From NCBI GenBank assembly GCA_018670435.1, contig JABHRC010000014.1:1-61869 (forward strand): DNA of 61,869 nucleotides. The letters are read 5' to 3'. The notes beneath the pieces are model-generated. The model was not told the DNA's origin. It saw nothing but the letters and a program-made list of their open reading frames with translations, and searched no databases. The first letter of the stretch is position 1; each line of letters starts with the position of its first letter. The translations under genes and the position numbers were made by a program. Positions 1 through 11,729 of this stretch are shown here, in pieces. The DNA is from Gammaproteobacteria bacterium (GTDB lineage: Bacteria; Pseudomonadota; Gammaproteobacteria; GCA-002705445; GCA-002716945).

Positions 1-71
1 CCTCGGGACGGACTCGAACCGCCGACCTGGTGATTAACAGTCACTCGCTCTACCAACTGAGCTACCAAGGA
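1..71 (-). tRNA. tRNA-Asn(GTT), 3' end truncated by the window edge
   Basis: Reverse complement TCCTTGGTAGCTCAGTTGGTAGAGCGAGTGACTGTTAATCACCAGGTCGGCGGTTCGAGTCCGTCCCGAGG folds as a cloverleaf: D arm AGCTCAGTTGGTAGAGC, anticodon loop CTGTTAA, T loop GGTTCGAGTCC. Confidence 0.97.
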
Positions 72-83
72 ATAAGTTCAATC

Positions 84-112
84 ATCATAATTGATAAATA
101 GTTATTCATCAA
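84..112 (-). promoter_or_regulatory. Putative sigma70 promoter of tRNA-Asn
   Basis: Minus strand TTGATG-17 bp-TATGAT, ending 12 nt upstream of the tRNA 5' end. Confidence 0.55.
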
Positions 113-121
113 TAATATTTT

Positions 122-991
122 CTATATTTTTAACTTTTTTAAATAATTCCTGAATTTACGTGAGAGTTCGTCATGCTCTAAAGCGTATTCAATCGTTGCT
201 TGGAGATAGCCTAATTTGCTTCCACAATCAAATCTCTTGCCTTCAAAAATATGTCCATGAATAGACTGATTTTTCATTAAATCAGCAATGGCATCGGTTA
301 TTTGAATTTCTTTCCCATTGCCAGGCTTAACTTTTTCTATTTTAGTAAAAATCTCAGGTGTGAAAATATATCTTCCTACAACAGCTAAATTAGATTTAGC
401 TGTATTTGGAGATGGTTTCTCAACTATTGATTTGATGCGATATAAATCTTTATTTTTTGAATGATATTCTACAATTCCATATTTGTTTGATTCACTCTTT
501 TTAATTTTCTCAAGTGCTAAAACAGTAGACTCTTTTTCATAGTGTATATCCATGAGCTGTTTTAAACATGGTTTTTGAGACATTATTAGATCATCAGCTA
601 AAATTACCGCAAATGGTTCATTGTTGACAATATTTTTAGCACAATGAATAGCATGTCCAAGTCCCGAGGGTTTGTTTTGTCGAACAAAAAAACAATCAAT
701 ATTTTTAGGAACTATTTTTTGTACAAGTTTAAGTAAATTCTTTTTATTTTTGGCAATAAGTTCATTCTCAAGTTCTGGAGCTGAATCGAAATGATCCATA
801 ATTACATTCTTTGTTCGTCCAATAATAAAAATTAATTCTTTAATTCCAGAGGCAACCGCTTCTTCTGCTGCATATTGTATCAATGGTTTATCTACTATTG
901 GCAGCATCTCTTTTGGGCTAGCCTTAGTGGTAGGCAAAAATCTCGTACCTAATCCAGCAACTGGGAAAACTACTTTTTTTATCTTTTTCAT
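122..991 (-). CDS. galU: UTP--glucose-1-phosphate uridylyltransferase
   Basis: KVVFPVAGLGTRFLPTTKASPKEMLPIVDKP signature, VEKP, EIQITDAI, DCGSKLGY. ATG at 991 preferred over TTG at 997. Confidence 0.97.
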   Translation of the reverse strand: MKKIKKVVFPVAGLGTRFLPTTKASPKEMLPIVDKPLIQYAAEEAVASGIKELIFIIGRTKNVIMDHFDSAPELENELIAKNKKNLLKLVQKIVPKNIDCFFVRQNKPSGLGHAIHCAKNIVNNEPFAVILADDLIMSQKPCLKQLMDIHYEKESTVLALEKIKKSESNKYGIVEYHSKNKDLYRIKSIVEKPSPNTAKSNLAVVGRYIFTPEIFTKIEKVKPGNGKEIQITDAIADLMKNQSIHGHIFEGKRFDCGSKLGYLQATIEYALEHDELSRKFRNYLKKLKI

Positions 992-1030
992 GTGCAAAAA
1001 TTATTTATTTAGTGCAAAATAACATATCTA

Positions 1031-1354
1031 ATGACATATATTATCACAGAAAATTGTATTAAGTGTAAATATACTGACTGCGTTGAAGTATGTCCTGTTG
1101 GCTGTTTTCATGAAGGGCCTAATTTCCTTGTAATAAATCCGGATGAATGCATTGATTGCAGTTTATGTGAGCCTGAGTGTCCTATTGACGCGATTATTTC
1201 TGATGAAAATATCACAGACGATAACCATCAATTTCTAGAAATAAACGAACGTCTTTCTAAAAAATGGCCTATTATAACAGAGATTAAAGATGCGCCTAAG
1301 GATGCAAAAAAATGGGAAAACAAAATAGGTAAGATTAATTTACTAGAAGAATAA
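1031..1354 (+). CDS. fdxA: 7Fe ([3Fe-4S]/[4Fe-4S]) ferredoxin, Azotobacter FdI type
   Basis: [14 protein letters not shown] and [15 protein letters not shown] cysteine motifs, 107 aa. Confidence 0.93.
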   Translation: MTYIITENCIKCKYTDCVEVCPVGCFHEGPNFLVINPDECIDCSLCEPECPIDAIISDENITDDNHQFLEINERLSKKWPIITEIKDAPKDAKKWENKIGKINLLEE

Positions 1355-1356
1355 AA

Positions 1357-2715
1357 TTAAAACTCTCCAACTCCGTCATAAATCTGAGGAGCATAGTCCT
1401 CAAACCTTGTGCAATGGGGAACCCAAGTAAGTTTTACGAAACCAGTTTGTCCGTTTCTATGTTTTTCAACTCTTATTTCTGCAATATTTTTTTGATCTGT
1501 ATTAGGATCATAAACTTCATCCCTATAAAGAAAAATAATTAAGTCAGCATCCTGCTCTATCGAACCAGATTCCCTTAAATCAGATAGGAATGGACGTTTA
1601 TCATTTCGTGTCTCAACTCCTCTGTTTAACTGAGATAATGCTATAACTGGAATATCCAGTTCTTTCGCAATTGCTTTTAACGCTCTTGTTACCTCGCCTA
1701 CTTCGTTAACTCTATTCTCTGAAAAACGAGGTATAGACATAAGTTGTAAATAATCCACAATTATTAAGTCAATACCGGCCTCTCTTTTCATTCTTCTAGC
1801 TTTGGAACGCAAATCCATTGGTGATATCGCTGCCGTATCATCAATATAAAAGTCACAATCATTCATCATTTCAATCGCAGATGTAACATTTTTCGTATCT
1901 TGAGGTGATGATTCATAATCTCCTGTCCTTATTTTTTGCATTGACACTGAGCTCAATGAGGATAACATTCTTAAGGCTATTGACTGTGAGGACATTTCAA
2001 GACTAAAGAATCCTACTTTCTTTTTTTGTTTAAAAACAATATCTTGTGCCACATTCATTGCAAACGCTGTCTTTCCCATTGATGGTCTACCCGCAATGAT
2101 AATGAGGTCAGATTTTTGTAATCCCGCAGTTAACTTATCAAATTCACTATATCCAGTCAGAAGGTAGTCCAGCTCATTACTGTTCTTTTTGCTGTAAACA
2201 GTATCAATGTATGCATTTACCACAGGACCAATTTTATGTAACCCATCATTAATATTTGAGTCTGTTGTGATTGCAAAAATTTCAGATTCAGCCTTATCCA
2301 ATACATCTTTTATATCACCTTGCTCGCTTTGATGTACAGTCTGGATTGTTCTTGTACTGATACCGATTAGTTCCCTCATAACTGATTTTTCTTTTATTAT
2401 TTCAGCATATGCTTTTATATGTGCAGATGTCGGGACTTTATGCGCTAATTGGCTAATATATTTCATACCACCTACTCTGTCCAACACCCCTTTGCTTCTC
2501 AGACAATCTTCAAGAACAACTACATCAATAACTTGGCCAGCAGAAGCTAGATCATATATTTCATTGAATATAAGTTTATTATTGCTGTCAAAAAAATCTT
2601 TTGTTTGAACCATATGAGATATCTGATCCCATGAAGTGGAGTCCATTATCAATGACCCAAGGAAGGCTTGTTCAGCTTCTAATGATTTTGGTGTGCTCGG
2701 TAGTTTGGCTTCCAT
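1357..2715 (-). CDS. dnaB: Replicative DNA helicase
   Basis: P-x-S-LEAEQ N-terminus, Walker A AGRPSMGKT, IIVDYLQL, SQLNR, DLRESGSIEQDAD, KHRNG. No intein. Confidence 0.98.
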   Translation of the reverse strand: MEAKLPSTPKSLEAEQAFLGSLIMDSTSWDQISHMVQTKDFFDSNNKLIFNEIYDLASAGQVIDVVVLEDCLRSKGVLDRVGGMKYISQLAHKVPTSAHIKAYAEIIKEKSVMRELIGISTRTIQTVHQSEQGDIKDVLDKAESEIFAITTDSNINDGLHKIGPVVNAYIDTVYSKKNSNELDYLLTGYSEFDKLTAGLQKSDLIIIAGRPSMGKTAFAMNVAQDIVFKQKKKVGFFSLEMSSQSIALRMLSSLSSVSMQKIRTGDYESSPQDTKNVTSAIEMMNDCDFYIDDTAAISPMDLRSKARRMKREAGIDLIIVDYLQLMSIPRFSENRVNEVGEVTRALKAIAKELDIPVIALSQLNRGVETRNDKRPFLSDLRESGSIEQDADLIIFLYRDEVYDPNTDQKNIAEIRVEKHRNGQTGFVKLTWVPHCTRFEDYAPQIYDGVGEF

Positions 2716-2805
2716 TATTTATTCTAACTGAAAAATGATAGGTTTTATAGACAAGAAGCTGTGGAAAAATTGTGGAATAGTATTACATAGAAAGATTAAA
2801 AGAGT

Positions 2806-3318
2806 TTATTCTGATGTTTGTTCGTCGGCAGACGGTTCTTCAATTACAGGCTCTGGAGCAGCAATATTATTACGAGTTAATTTGATTGGGACAGTGACAT
2901 TAATATCAGTATATAGATTTACAGTAGCTATATAATCTTCAGCAAAAGTTTTGATAGCTCCAGATGGAAGACTAACCTGCTTCTTTGTAACAGCATATCC
3001 ATCTTCTAATAAACGATCTACGATATTCTGAAGAGTGATTGAACCAAATAGATTGTCTGCATCCTCTTGAACATTAACCTCAAAAGACAAAGTATAATCC
3101 TTGTACTTACTTTGTTCAATCAGGGCTAAAGATTTTAACTCCTCTTCCTTTTTAATTAATTCTTGTTTTTTTTCTTCAACAACTGCCAAGTTTTCTTTAG
3201 TAGGTAGTACTGCATGCTTGTTAGGTATTAAATAATTACGTGCATATCCTGCTTTCACAGAGACTTTTGCTCCAACTTCACCTAAACTCTTAATGTTTTT
3301 TAAAAGTAAAATATCCAT
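2806..3318 (-). CDS. rplI: 50S ribosomal protein L9
   Basis: LGEVGAKVSVKAGYARNYLIP, LFGSIT; acidic C-terminal extension. Confidence 0.97.
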   Translation of the reverse strand: MDILLLKNIKSLGEVGAKVSVKAGYARNYLIPNKHAVLPTKENLAVVEEKKQELIKKEEELKSLALIEQSKYKDYTLSFEVNVQEDADNLFGSITLQNIVDRLLEDGYAVTKKQVSLPSGAIKTFAEDYIATVNLYTDINVTVPIKLTRNNIAAPEPVIEEPSADEQTSE

Positions 3319-3533
3319 TATTGCTTATGGTTATCGCAAAAAGGTAATAAGGCCAAGTGCCTAGCAATCTTGATAGCCTTGTTAACTCTTCTTTGTTCTT
3401 TGCCTGTAGTTCCACCTATTCTACGAGGTGATATCTTACCAGCTTCTGTTATAAACTTCTTTAAGAACCCTATATTTTTATAGTCTATATCAGCTATTAA
3501 ATTAGATTTTTTCTTAGTGTATTCTTCACTCAT
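3318..3533 (-). CDS. rpsR: 30S ribosomal protein S18
   Basis: [27 protein letters not shown]...[12 protein letters not shown]; lies between rpsF and rplI. Confidence 0.97.
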   Translation of the reverse strand: MSEEYTKKKSNLIADIDYKNIGFLKKFITEAGKISPRRIGGTTGKEQRRVNKAIKIARHLALLPFCDNHKQ

Positions 3534-3537
3534 AGTA

Positions 3538-3867
3538 TTATGCTCTTTCTCTAGTTGACATCATCACTGATGGTTCAGTGATTTTCTTATCTTGCGCAAT
3601 AAACATATGTCTCATGATGCTATCATTAAATTTAATTAAACCTGCTAACTCTTCCAAGATTTCATTATTGGCCTGGAAATTCAACAAGATATATCGTGCT
3701 TTATTAACTTTATTTATATTGTATGCTAATTTCATCGTTCCCCAGTCTTCGTACCGATCTATAGTTCCACCCTTAGAACTAATAATACCCTTATACTTAT
3801 CAACTGTTTTCAAAGTTGACTCATCCTGGTTTATGTTGAACATCAATAATAATTCGTAATTTTTCAT
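3538..3867 (-). CDS. rpsF: 30S ribosomal protein S6
   Basis: [14 protein letters not shown][10 protein letters not shown], [11 protein letters not shown] 3867 preferred; GGA lies 7 nt upstream. Confidence 0.95.
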   Translation of the reverse strand: MKNYELLLMFNINQDESTLKTVDKYKGIISSKGGTIDRYEDWGTMKLAYNINKVNKARYILLNFQANNEILEELAGLIKFNDSIMRHMFIAQDKKITEPSVMMSTRERA

Positions 3868-3886
3868 AGTTTCATCCAATATGCGA

Positions 3887-3915
3887 ATACTACTTTAGTA
3901 TCTAGAATATTTCAA
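3887..3915 (-). promoter_or_regulatory. Putative sigma70 promoter of rpsF-rpsR-rplI
   Basis: Minus strand TTGAAA-17 bp-TAGTAT. Confidence 0.5.
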
Positions 3916-3919
3916 ATAT

Positions 3920-4675
3920 TCATTTAGTTTTTTTGATTATTTTCTTAATTTGGTATAAAGCAATTCCACTAGCTACAGCAACATTAAGACACTCAACGGA
4001 GCCATATATAGGTATTTTGCATATATCATCACATAAGTCTAACAGTGACCTACTAATCCCCTCGCCTTCAGACCCTAAAATTACAGCAATACCTGTATCG
4101 CATTCCTTAATATCATATATTGTCATATCACTGCTATCAGCTGTTCCTATGACTCTTATATTGTTGGTTTTAAGTTTTTTTATTACTGTGGACAGATTAT
4201 TAGTCTCAAGCAATGACAAGCCTTGTAAGCCGCCAGATGCAGTCTTATGGACTAACGGTGATATCTCACAAGAGTTGGACTTTCTCTTTATGATTAAGGA
4301 AACACCTGCCGCATTTGCTGACCTAATACATGATCCTAAGTTTCTTGGATCTTGAATAGAATCGAATATTACAATAAAAGGTTTTTTTTCAGTTTGAAGA
4401 TATAAGTCAATATCAAAATTTGATAATAATTTATTATGTAACTCAAAAACAACTCCTTGATGTTTTGATGAAAAGCATAAAGTTGTTAAAAAATCTTTTT
4501 CAACCACTTCTATTGTAATATTTAAGTTTTTAGCATCCTCGGTAATCTTTGAAATTTGATTATTGACTGGCGGTTTTTTAAGATATATTTTTTTAATATT
4601 CAGAGGACTAAGTTTCAACTGAGCATTGCATGTATGGACACCATATATTAAATTTAGATTTTCTTGATCAGTCAT
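3920..4675 (-). CDS. rlmB: 23S rRNA (guanosine-2'-O)-methyltransferase, SPOUT family
   Basis: IYGVH, DSIQDPRNLGSCIRSA, ILGSEGEG, IPIYGSVECLNVAVA. Confidence 0.92.
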   Translation of the reverse strand: MTDQENLNLIYGVHTCNAQLKLSPLNIKKIYLKKPPVNNQISKITEDAKNLNITIEVVEKDFLTTLCFSSKHQGVVFELHNKLLSNFDIDLYLQTEKKPFIVIFDSIQDPRNLGSCIRSANAAGVSLIIKRKSNSCEISPLVHKTASGGLQGLSLLETNNLSTVIKKLKTNNIRVIGTADSSDMTIYDIKECDTGIAVILGSEGEGISRSLLDLCDDICKIPIYGSVECLNVAVASGIALYQIKKIIKKTK

Positions 4676-6932
<2,257 letters not shown>

Positions 6933-6940
6933 AGTACCTG

Positions 6941-7132
6941 CTAAATTATTAATAAAAATATAGTCAACCCCAACATCATACAGATAAGACCAAATATTCT
7001 CAAAGAGTTATTACTAAAAGTATTGAAATAAAGAATGAATTTTCTGAATAAATCAGGAGAAATAAATAAAATCATACCTTCTATGATTATAGACAAAGAG
7101 AGGGCTAGTATTAATAAATTCCAAAGATTTAT
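6941..7132 (-). CDS. DUF2065 (YjeT-like) small membrane protein, 63 aa, missing from the ORF track; probable ATA start
   Basis: Translates as (I)NLWNLLILALSLSIIIEGMILFISPDLFRKFILYFNTFSNNSLRIFGLICMMLGLTIFLLII*, matching the remembered YjeT pattern LALxLxxxxEG...P...LRxxG. Canonical position after hflC. No in-frame ATG before the first helix. Confidence 0.8.
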   Translation of the reverse strand: MNLWNLLILALSLSIIIEGMILFISPDLFRKFILYFNTFSNNSLRIFGLICMMLGLTIFLLII

Positions 7133-7998
7133 TATTTTCTTCCAGAGGAATTATTAAAGTATTTAAAGAAATCAGAGTCAGGCTGTATAACCAATATATC
7201 TTGCTTCGCATTAAATGTTTCTTTATAGGCAGCAAGGCTCCTATAAAATGAATAGAATTCAGGATCCATGTTATAGGCTTTAGCAAATACTTCTGTCGAA
7301 ATTGCATCACCTTCACCTTTAATATCTTGAGATGTTTTATAAGCTTCAGCAATTATAGTTTCTGATTCACGCTCTGCTAGAGCCGTAATTCCCCGAGCTT
7401 TCTCTTTCCCCTCTGATCTAAAAGTTTTAGCAACAGTTGCTCTTTCCTTGACCATGCGGGCATAAACTGAATTACTGACTTCATCAGGTAAATCAACTTT
7501 TTTTACTCTCACGTCAACAACTGTTATGCCTAGAGCTTTGGAGGCTTTATTTGCCTCGGTAGTAACAATCTGCATCAATGCAGCTCTATCACCAGATACT
7601 ACTTCATTAATCGTACGTTTACTAAATTCACTTTTAGTTAGATCGTTTATAATTTGGGATAATCTATTTATTCCTATACGTTCATCACCTTTTGAAGATC
7701 TATAAAAATTTTCAGGTCCCGTAATTCTCCACTTAACAAAAGAATCTACTATTACGTTTTTCTTTTCACTTGTCAGGAATTGTTCCGGTTTCGAATCCAT
7801 TGTTAATAATCTAGAATCATATTTTTTGACATTGTTCACAAAAGGAATCATTAAATACAAACCAGGCTCTTGATAAGTTTTTACAATTTCACCAAGTCTA
7901 AACTTTATAGCCACTTCTCTTTCATCTACGATAAATGTTGATGAGGAAATAACAACTATCAGTACCAAAATTATTGAAAATATATTTCTATTATTCAC
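7132..7998 (-). CDS. hflC: FtsH protease modulator HflC
   Basis: N-terminal TM, SPFH domain, LTSEKKNVIVDSFVKWRI, DPEFYSFYRSL. Confidence 0.96.
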   Translation of the reverse strand: MNNRNIFSIILVLIVVISSSTFIVDEREVAIKFRLGEIVKTYQEPGLYLMIPFVNNVKKYDSRLLTMDSKPEQFLTSEKKNVIVDSFVKWRITGPENFYRSSKGDERIGINRLSQIINDLTKSEFSKRTINEVVSGDRAALMQIVTTEANKASKALGITVVDVRVKKVDLPDEVSNSVYARMVKERATVAKTFRSEGKEKARGITALAERESETIIAEAYKTSQDIKGEGDAISTEVFAKAYNMDPEFYSFYRSLAAYKETFNAKQDILVIQPDSDFFKYFNNSSGRK

Positions 7999-9115
7999 TG
8001 TATAAATCCCTCTTTCTTAAATTAAAGCCATCTCTTGAGTTTTGAATTTTGTTTGATAAAGAACTATTCTTACTAGAATTTTCTGAATTAATTCCAGTTG
8101 AGCTGTTCTGCATTCTAGGTTCTAATATTTTATCTAGAGGCAGGTAAAGCAGATTATTACCACCATCAATATCAATCATAACCTTTGTCGAGCTGCCAAG
8201 AACAGATTCAACAGATTCGATATATAATCTCTCACGAGTTACTTCTGGTGATTTTTTATATTCCTTATAAAGTTTGCTAAACCTTAATGCTTCACCTTCC
8301 GCAGATTTAATTAATTTCACTCGATATGCCTTGGCTTCCTCTATGATTTGAACTGCTTTTCCTCGAGCTAAAGGGATGATTTCATTTCTATATGCTTCAG
8401 CTTCATTTATATATCTTTGTTCATCTTCGCGAGCCCTAATGGCATCTGAAAATGCGTCTTGAACTTGTTCTGGCGGTTGAGCTTCTAATATGTTGACTGT
8501 TTGGACATTAATACCAGCATTATAACTATCTAGAACGCTTTGGAGTAAAATCTTAGTATCAGAAGCAATTGTCTCTCTGCCTTCTGTAATAACAAAATCC
8601 ATCTTATTTTTACCCAAAACTTCTCTTATAGAACTTTCCCCAGCTGCGCTGAGCGTTTCATCTGGGTCTCTAAGGTTAAAAATATAATCACTCGCATCTT
8701 TTATATCATATTGAATAGCAAAATTAACACTCACAATATTTTCATCTTCTGTTAACATTTGAGCTTTTTGCTGAATAGATCTAATTTTGGACACATCTAC
8801 GATCTCTGCTTTTTGTATTATTCTTGGAATCCAATGAGGTCCTGGCATAGTGATATTTGAGAATTCACCAAACTGAAGAACTACTCCTCTTTCTCCATCA
8901 TTAACAATATATATGCCACTTAATAAATATACGGTTAATATAATGACACCGATAATAGTAGTGTTTTTCTTATTAGAATTAGAACCACCCGAAGTTCCGC
9001 CCAATAGATTTCTAAAGTATTTATTTAAGTCATTAAGGGCGTTATCTAACTCTGAACTAGTATTAGATTTTCTACCCCAAGGGTCTTTGTTACCATTCGG
9101 TTCATTCCATGCCAT
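7991..9115 (-). CDS. hflK: FtsH protease modulator HflK
   Basis: MAWNEPNGNKDPWG, MLTEDENIV, PPEQVQDAFSDAIRARED, PEVTRERLY. Confidence 0.97.
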   Translation of the reverse strand: MAWNEPNGNKDPWGRKSNTSSELDNALNDLNKYFRNLLGGTSGGSNSNKKNTTIIGVIILTVYLLSGIYIVNDGERGVVLQFGEFSNITMPGPHWIPRIIQKAEIVDVSKIRSIQQKAQMLTEDENIVSVNFAIQYDIKDASDYIFNLRDPDETLSAAGESSIREVLGKNKMDFVITEGRETIASDTKILLQSVLDSYNAGINVQTVNILEAQPPEQVQDAFSDAIRAREDEQRYINEAEAYRNEIIPLARGKAVQIIEEAKAYRVKLIKSAEGEALRFSKLYKEYKKSPEVTRERLYIESVESVLGSSTKVMIDIDGGNNLLYLPLDKILEPRMQNSSTGINSENSSKNSSLSNKIQNSRDGFNLRKRDLYSE

Positions 9116-9153
9116 ACCGTGTCTCCTTGAACAATATCTTAATATAAAGTTGG

Positions 9154-9372
9154 TTAGTCATCAATTTCTAATTTAACTACTTGAGTTGGCACTATTGTGG
9201 ATATTGCATGTTTATAAACACATTGTGTCAATTTGTTTCTTAATAAAATAATATAGGAATCAAATGATACGATATTTCCTTCAAGCTTAATTCCATTAAC
9301 TAGAAATATCGATACATTTATCTTATCTTTTCTTATCTTATTTAGAAATTTATCTTGCAAATGTTCTTGCAT
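9154..9372 (-). CDS. hfq: RNA chaperone Hfq, 72 aa
   Basis: [33 protein letters not shown] 9372 with AGGAAAG Shine-Dalgarno. Confidence 0.97.
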   Translation of the reverse strand: MQEHLQDKFLNKIRKDKINVSIFLVNGIKLEGNIVSFDSYIILLRNKLTQCVYKHAISTIVPTQVVKLEIDD

Positions 9373-9432
9373 AACCACTTTCCTACAGCAAATATTAAAC
9401 TATGAATTTATACTTTATATTGACATCATTTA

Positions 9433-10371
9433 CTAAAAATGCAAATGAATGTCTATCGCCTCATCAATATTTTGACAAAATCTTTCAGCTATATCAATTT
9501 CAATACTATCATTAAACTGCTTCAGCCAGGTAATTTGGCGTTTAGCTAGCTGTCTTGTTGCATAAACACATCTGTCCTCAAGATCTTTCTGCGCAATATT
9601 ACCATGAAGATAGCTTAACACCTGTCTATACCCTATCGATCTCATGGATTGATTATCAGCTGTAAGGTCATATTTTTCAACAGCATGAACAACCTCATCT
9701 ATAAAGTTATTATTAAACATACTTTTAGTGCGTAAAGAGATTTTATCATGTATCAATGAACGATCTTTAGATACAATTTTTAATGTTAATAGATCATATT
9801 CATCAGATAACTTTATTTTGTTATCAAAAAAAGATGTTATTGGTTTGCCTGTAGATATGTATACCTCTAATGCTCTCTGAATACGCTGCTTATCATGCTC
9901 ATCTATATTTTCATAGGATAATGGATCAATATCTTTTAAGCAAAAATGTAATTGCTTGCTCGAATATTTAAGAAGCAGATCATCAATAAATTTACGTTCT
10001 AGAAAGTTTTTTTCTGGTAAAGATGAAAGTCCATTTAGTAAAGAATTGAAGTACATCATTGAGCCACCAACAAGCAAAGGGGTCTTATTATTCTTATGAA
10101 TATTTTTGATAACTTTTCTCATATCATTGTAAAATTGACCAACGTTATAATTTTCGTCTGGATTACGTATGTTTACAAGATGGTGCTTAATGGATGATAA
10201 AATTTCGTCAGAAGGTTTATCAGTTCCAATATTCATATCTCTATAAATCATTACTGAATCTACACTAATGATTTCAATTGGATATTTTTCATATAACTTA
10301 ATAGCTAAAGATGATTTTCCAATACCAGTTGGTCCAATTAGAGAAATAATTTTATTTTTTTTATTATTCAT
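9433..10371 (-). CDS. miaA: tRNA dimethylallyltransferase
   Basis: GPTGIGKS, ISVDSVMIYRDMNIGTDKP, VGGSMMY, IGYRQ, TRQLAKRQITW. Confidence 0.97.
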   Translation of the reverse strand: MNNKKNKIISLIGPTGIGKSSLAIKLYEKYPIEIISVDSVMIYRDMNIGTDKPSDEILSSIKHHLVNIRNPDENYNVGQFYNDMRKVIKNIHKNNKTPLLVGGSMMYFNSLLNGLSSLPEKNFLERKFIDDLLLKYSSKQLHFCLKDIDPLSYENIDEHDKQRIQRALEVYISTGKPITSFFDNKIKLSDEYDLLTLKIVSKDRSLIHDKISLRTKSMFNNNFIDEVVHAVEKYDLTADNQSMRSIGYRQVLSYLHGNIAQKDLEDRCVYATRQLAKRQITWLKQFNDSIEIDIAERFCQNIDEAIDIHLHF

Positions 10372-10805
10372 TTCTTTTGACTTATCTTAATCAATCTTGA
10401 ATTGTCTAGTAACTTAAAATGTATAGCAAAACTTGCGGCTGGAAGTTCATTAATAAATTTATCAGGCCATTCAATGAAATGAAGGCCTTCTTGTTCAAAA
10501 TAATAATCTATTCCTATTTCGTATAATTCTTTGACAGAGCTAATTCTATAAAGGTCATAATGAAATATCTTGATGTCTTTCATTGTATATTCATTAATTA
10601 ATGAAAATGTTGGACTAGTGATTTCGCTGTTTTTTTCGAGATAATTTAAGTATGTTTTGACAAATGTGGTTTTGCCAGCTCCAACTTGACCATGCAAGTA
10701 AATGATTACTGAGCTACCTCTTTTAAAATTAATTTTATTAAATATTTTAGTGTAATGAAAGGTATCACTTAGATAATAATAAGTATGTAAGTAAGAAGAT
10801 GTCAT
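10368..10805 (-). CDS. tsaE: t6A biosynthesis ATPase TsaE
   Basis: LHGQVGAGKTTF, SPTFSLINEY, HYDLYRI, IEWP. Confidence 0.96.
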   Translation of the reverse strand: MTSSYLHTYYYLSDTFHYTKIFNKINFKRGSSVIIYLHGQVGAGKTTFVKTYLNYLEKNSEITSPTFSLINEYTMKDIKIFHYDLYRISSVKELYEIGIDYYFEQEGLHFIEWPDKFINELPAASFAIHFKLLDNSRLIKISQKK

Positions 10806-10809
10806 ATTT

Positions 10810-11718
10810 TTATTTTACTGAAATTTTATTGATTAACTTATTAATTTTAATAATAACATCAGATGCTAATAATCCCATAGAGCCATGATCTTCGTTAATG
10901 AGATCAGCAGCAAGTGAGTGAATACCTACCGCAAATAAAACTGAAGCAACTCTATCATCTATATCTGTTAGTGTAACTAAAGACAAAATCGTTCCTGCCA
11001 AGCAATCACCCATTCCTGCTGTACCCATAGCCTGATTACCATGCTGACAAACGTAACTTTCAGCTTTTGTAGCAACAATAGTATTTGGTCCTTTTAATAC
11101 GACTATGCCGCCAAACCTTGACTGTAATTTTTTTGCCATCTCAAGGCGGTTAGCTTCTATATCTGATGCCTTTAATCCTAAAAGTTTCGCAGCTTCGCCA
11201 ATATGGGGAGTCATGACCCAGTTATCATATTTGTAAGGACTTTTTGCTAACATTGATAAGAAACCTCCATCTACAATACATTTTGTATCTGGGGGCTTAG
11301 TAGCTAGATATTTTTTTACTTCTAAAAATATTTTTCTTGACCAGCTATCATTGGACATCCCAGGGCCAATTAATAAGTTCTTATAAGATATGATCTTTTT
11401 ATCAAGACCAGACAATTTATAAGAAGTTATTAATTCTGGTTGATATATTGGCAATACTTCAGAATGACTTTTAGTTGTCATTATTTCAACATATCTTGAT
11501 CCTGAATATAAAGCAGCTTTTCCTGATATAATTGCAGCACCTAAATATCCATCAGCTCCACCCACTATTAATGTTTTTCCAAAAGATTTCTTGTATGTAT
11601 TTTTATTTATTGAAATATTAAAATATAAAGGTTCAAGAGATTTCTTTTGTGAGTCTAAAAAAAATGAATGTATTTTTTCCCCAATATCTTTATTCTTAAT
11701 AAATACCTGATATTTCAT
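10810..11718 (-). CDS. nnrD: ADP/ATP-dependent NAD(P)HX dehydratase, YjeF C-terminal domain only
   Basis: LIVGGADGYLGAA, IGPG, TPHIGEA, LKGPNT, AGMGDCLAG. 302 aa with no epimerase domain. Confidence 0.88.
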   Translation of the reverse strand: MKYQVFIKNKDIGEKIHSFFLDSQKKSLEPLYFNISINKNTYKKSFGKTLIVGGADGYLGAAIISGKAALYSGSRYVEIMTTKSHSEVLPIYQPELITSYKLSGLDKKIISYKNLLIGPGMSNDSWSRKIFLEVKKYLATKPPDTKCIVDGGFLSMLAKSPYKYDNWVMTPHIGEAAKLLGLKASDIEANRLEMAKKLQSRFGGIVVLKGPNTIVATKAESYVCQHGNQAMGTAGMGDCLAGTILSLVTLTDIDDRVASVLFAVGIHSLAADLINEDHGSMGLLASDVIIKINKLINKISVK

Positions 11719-11729
11719 GATTTACTATT

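Noticed and set aside
1031-1354. FdxA variant CPVGCF instead of CPVDCF
   Set aside because: All cluster-ligating cysteines and the proton-gate Asp15 are kept; an ordinary substitution.
1357-2715. Possible inteins in DnaB or GyrA
   Set aside because: Lengths (452 and 845 aa) and continuous motif order leave no room for an intein.
7053-7352. 99-aa minus-strand ORF overlapping the hflC end
   Set aside because: Alternative frame of hflC; the real gene in this gap is the DUF2065 frame at 6941-7132.
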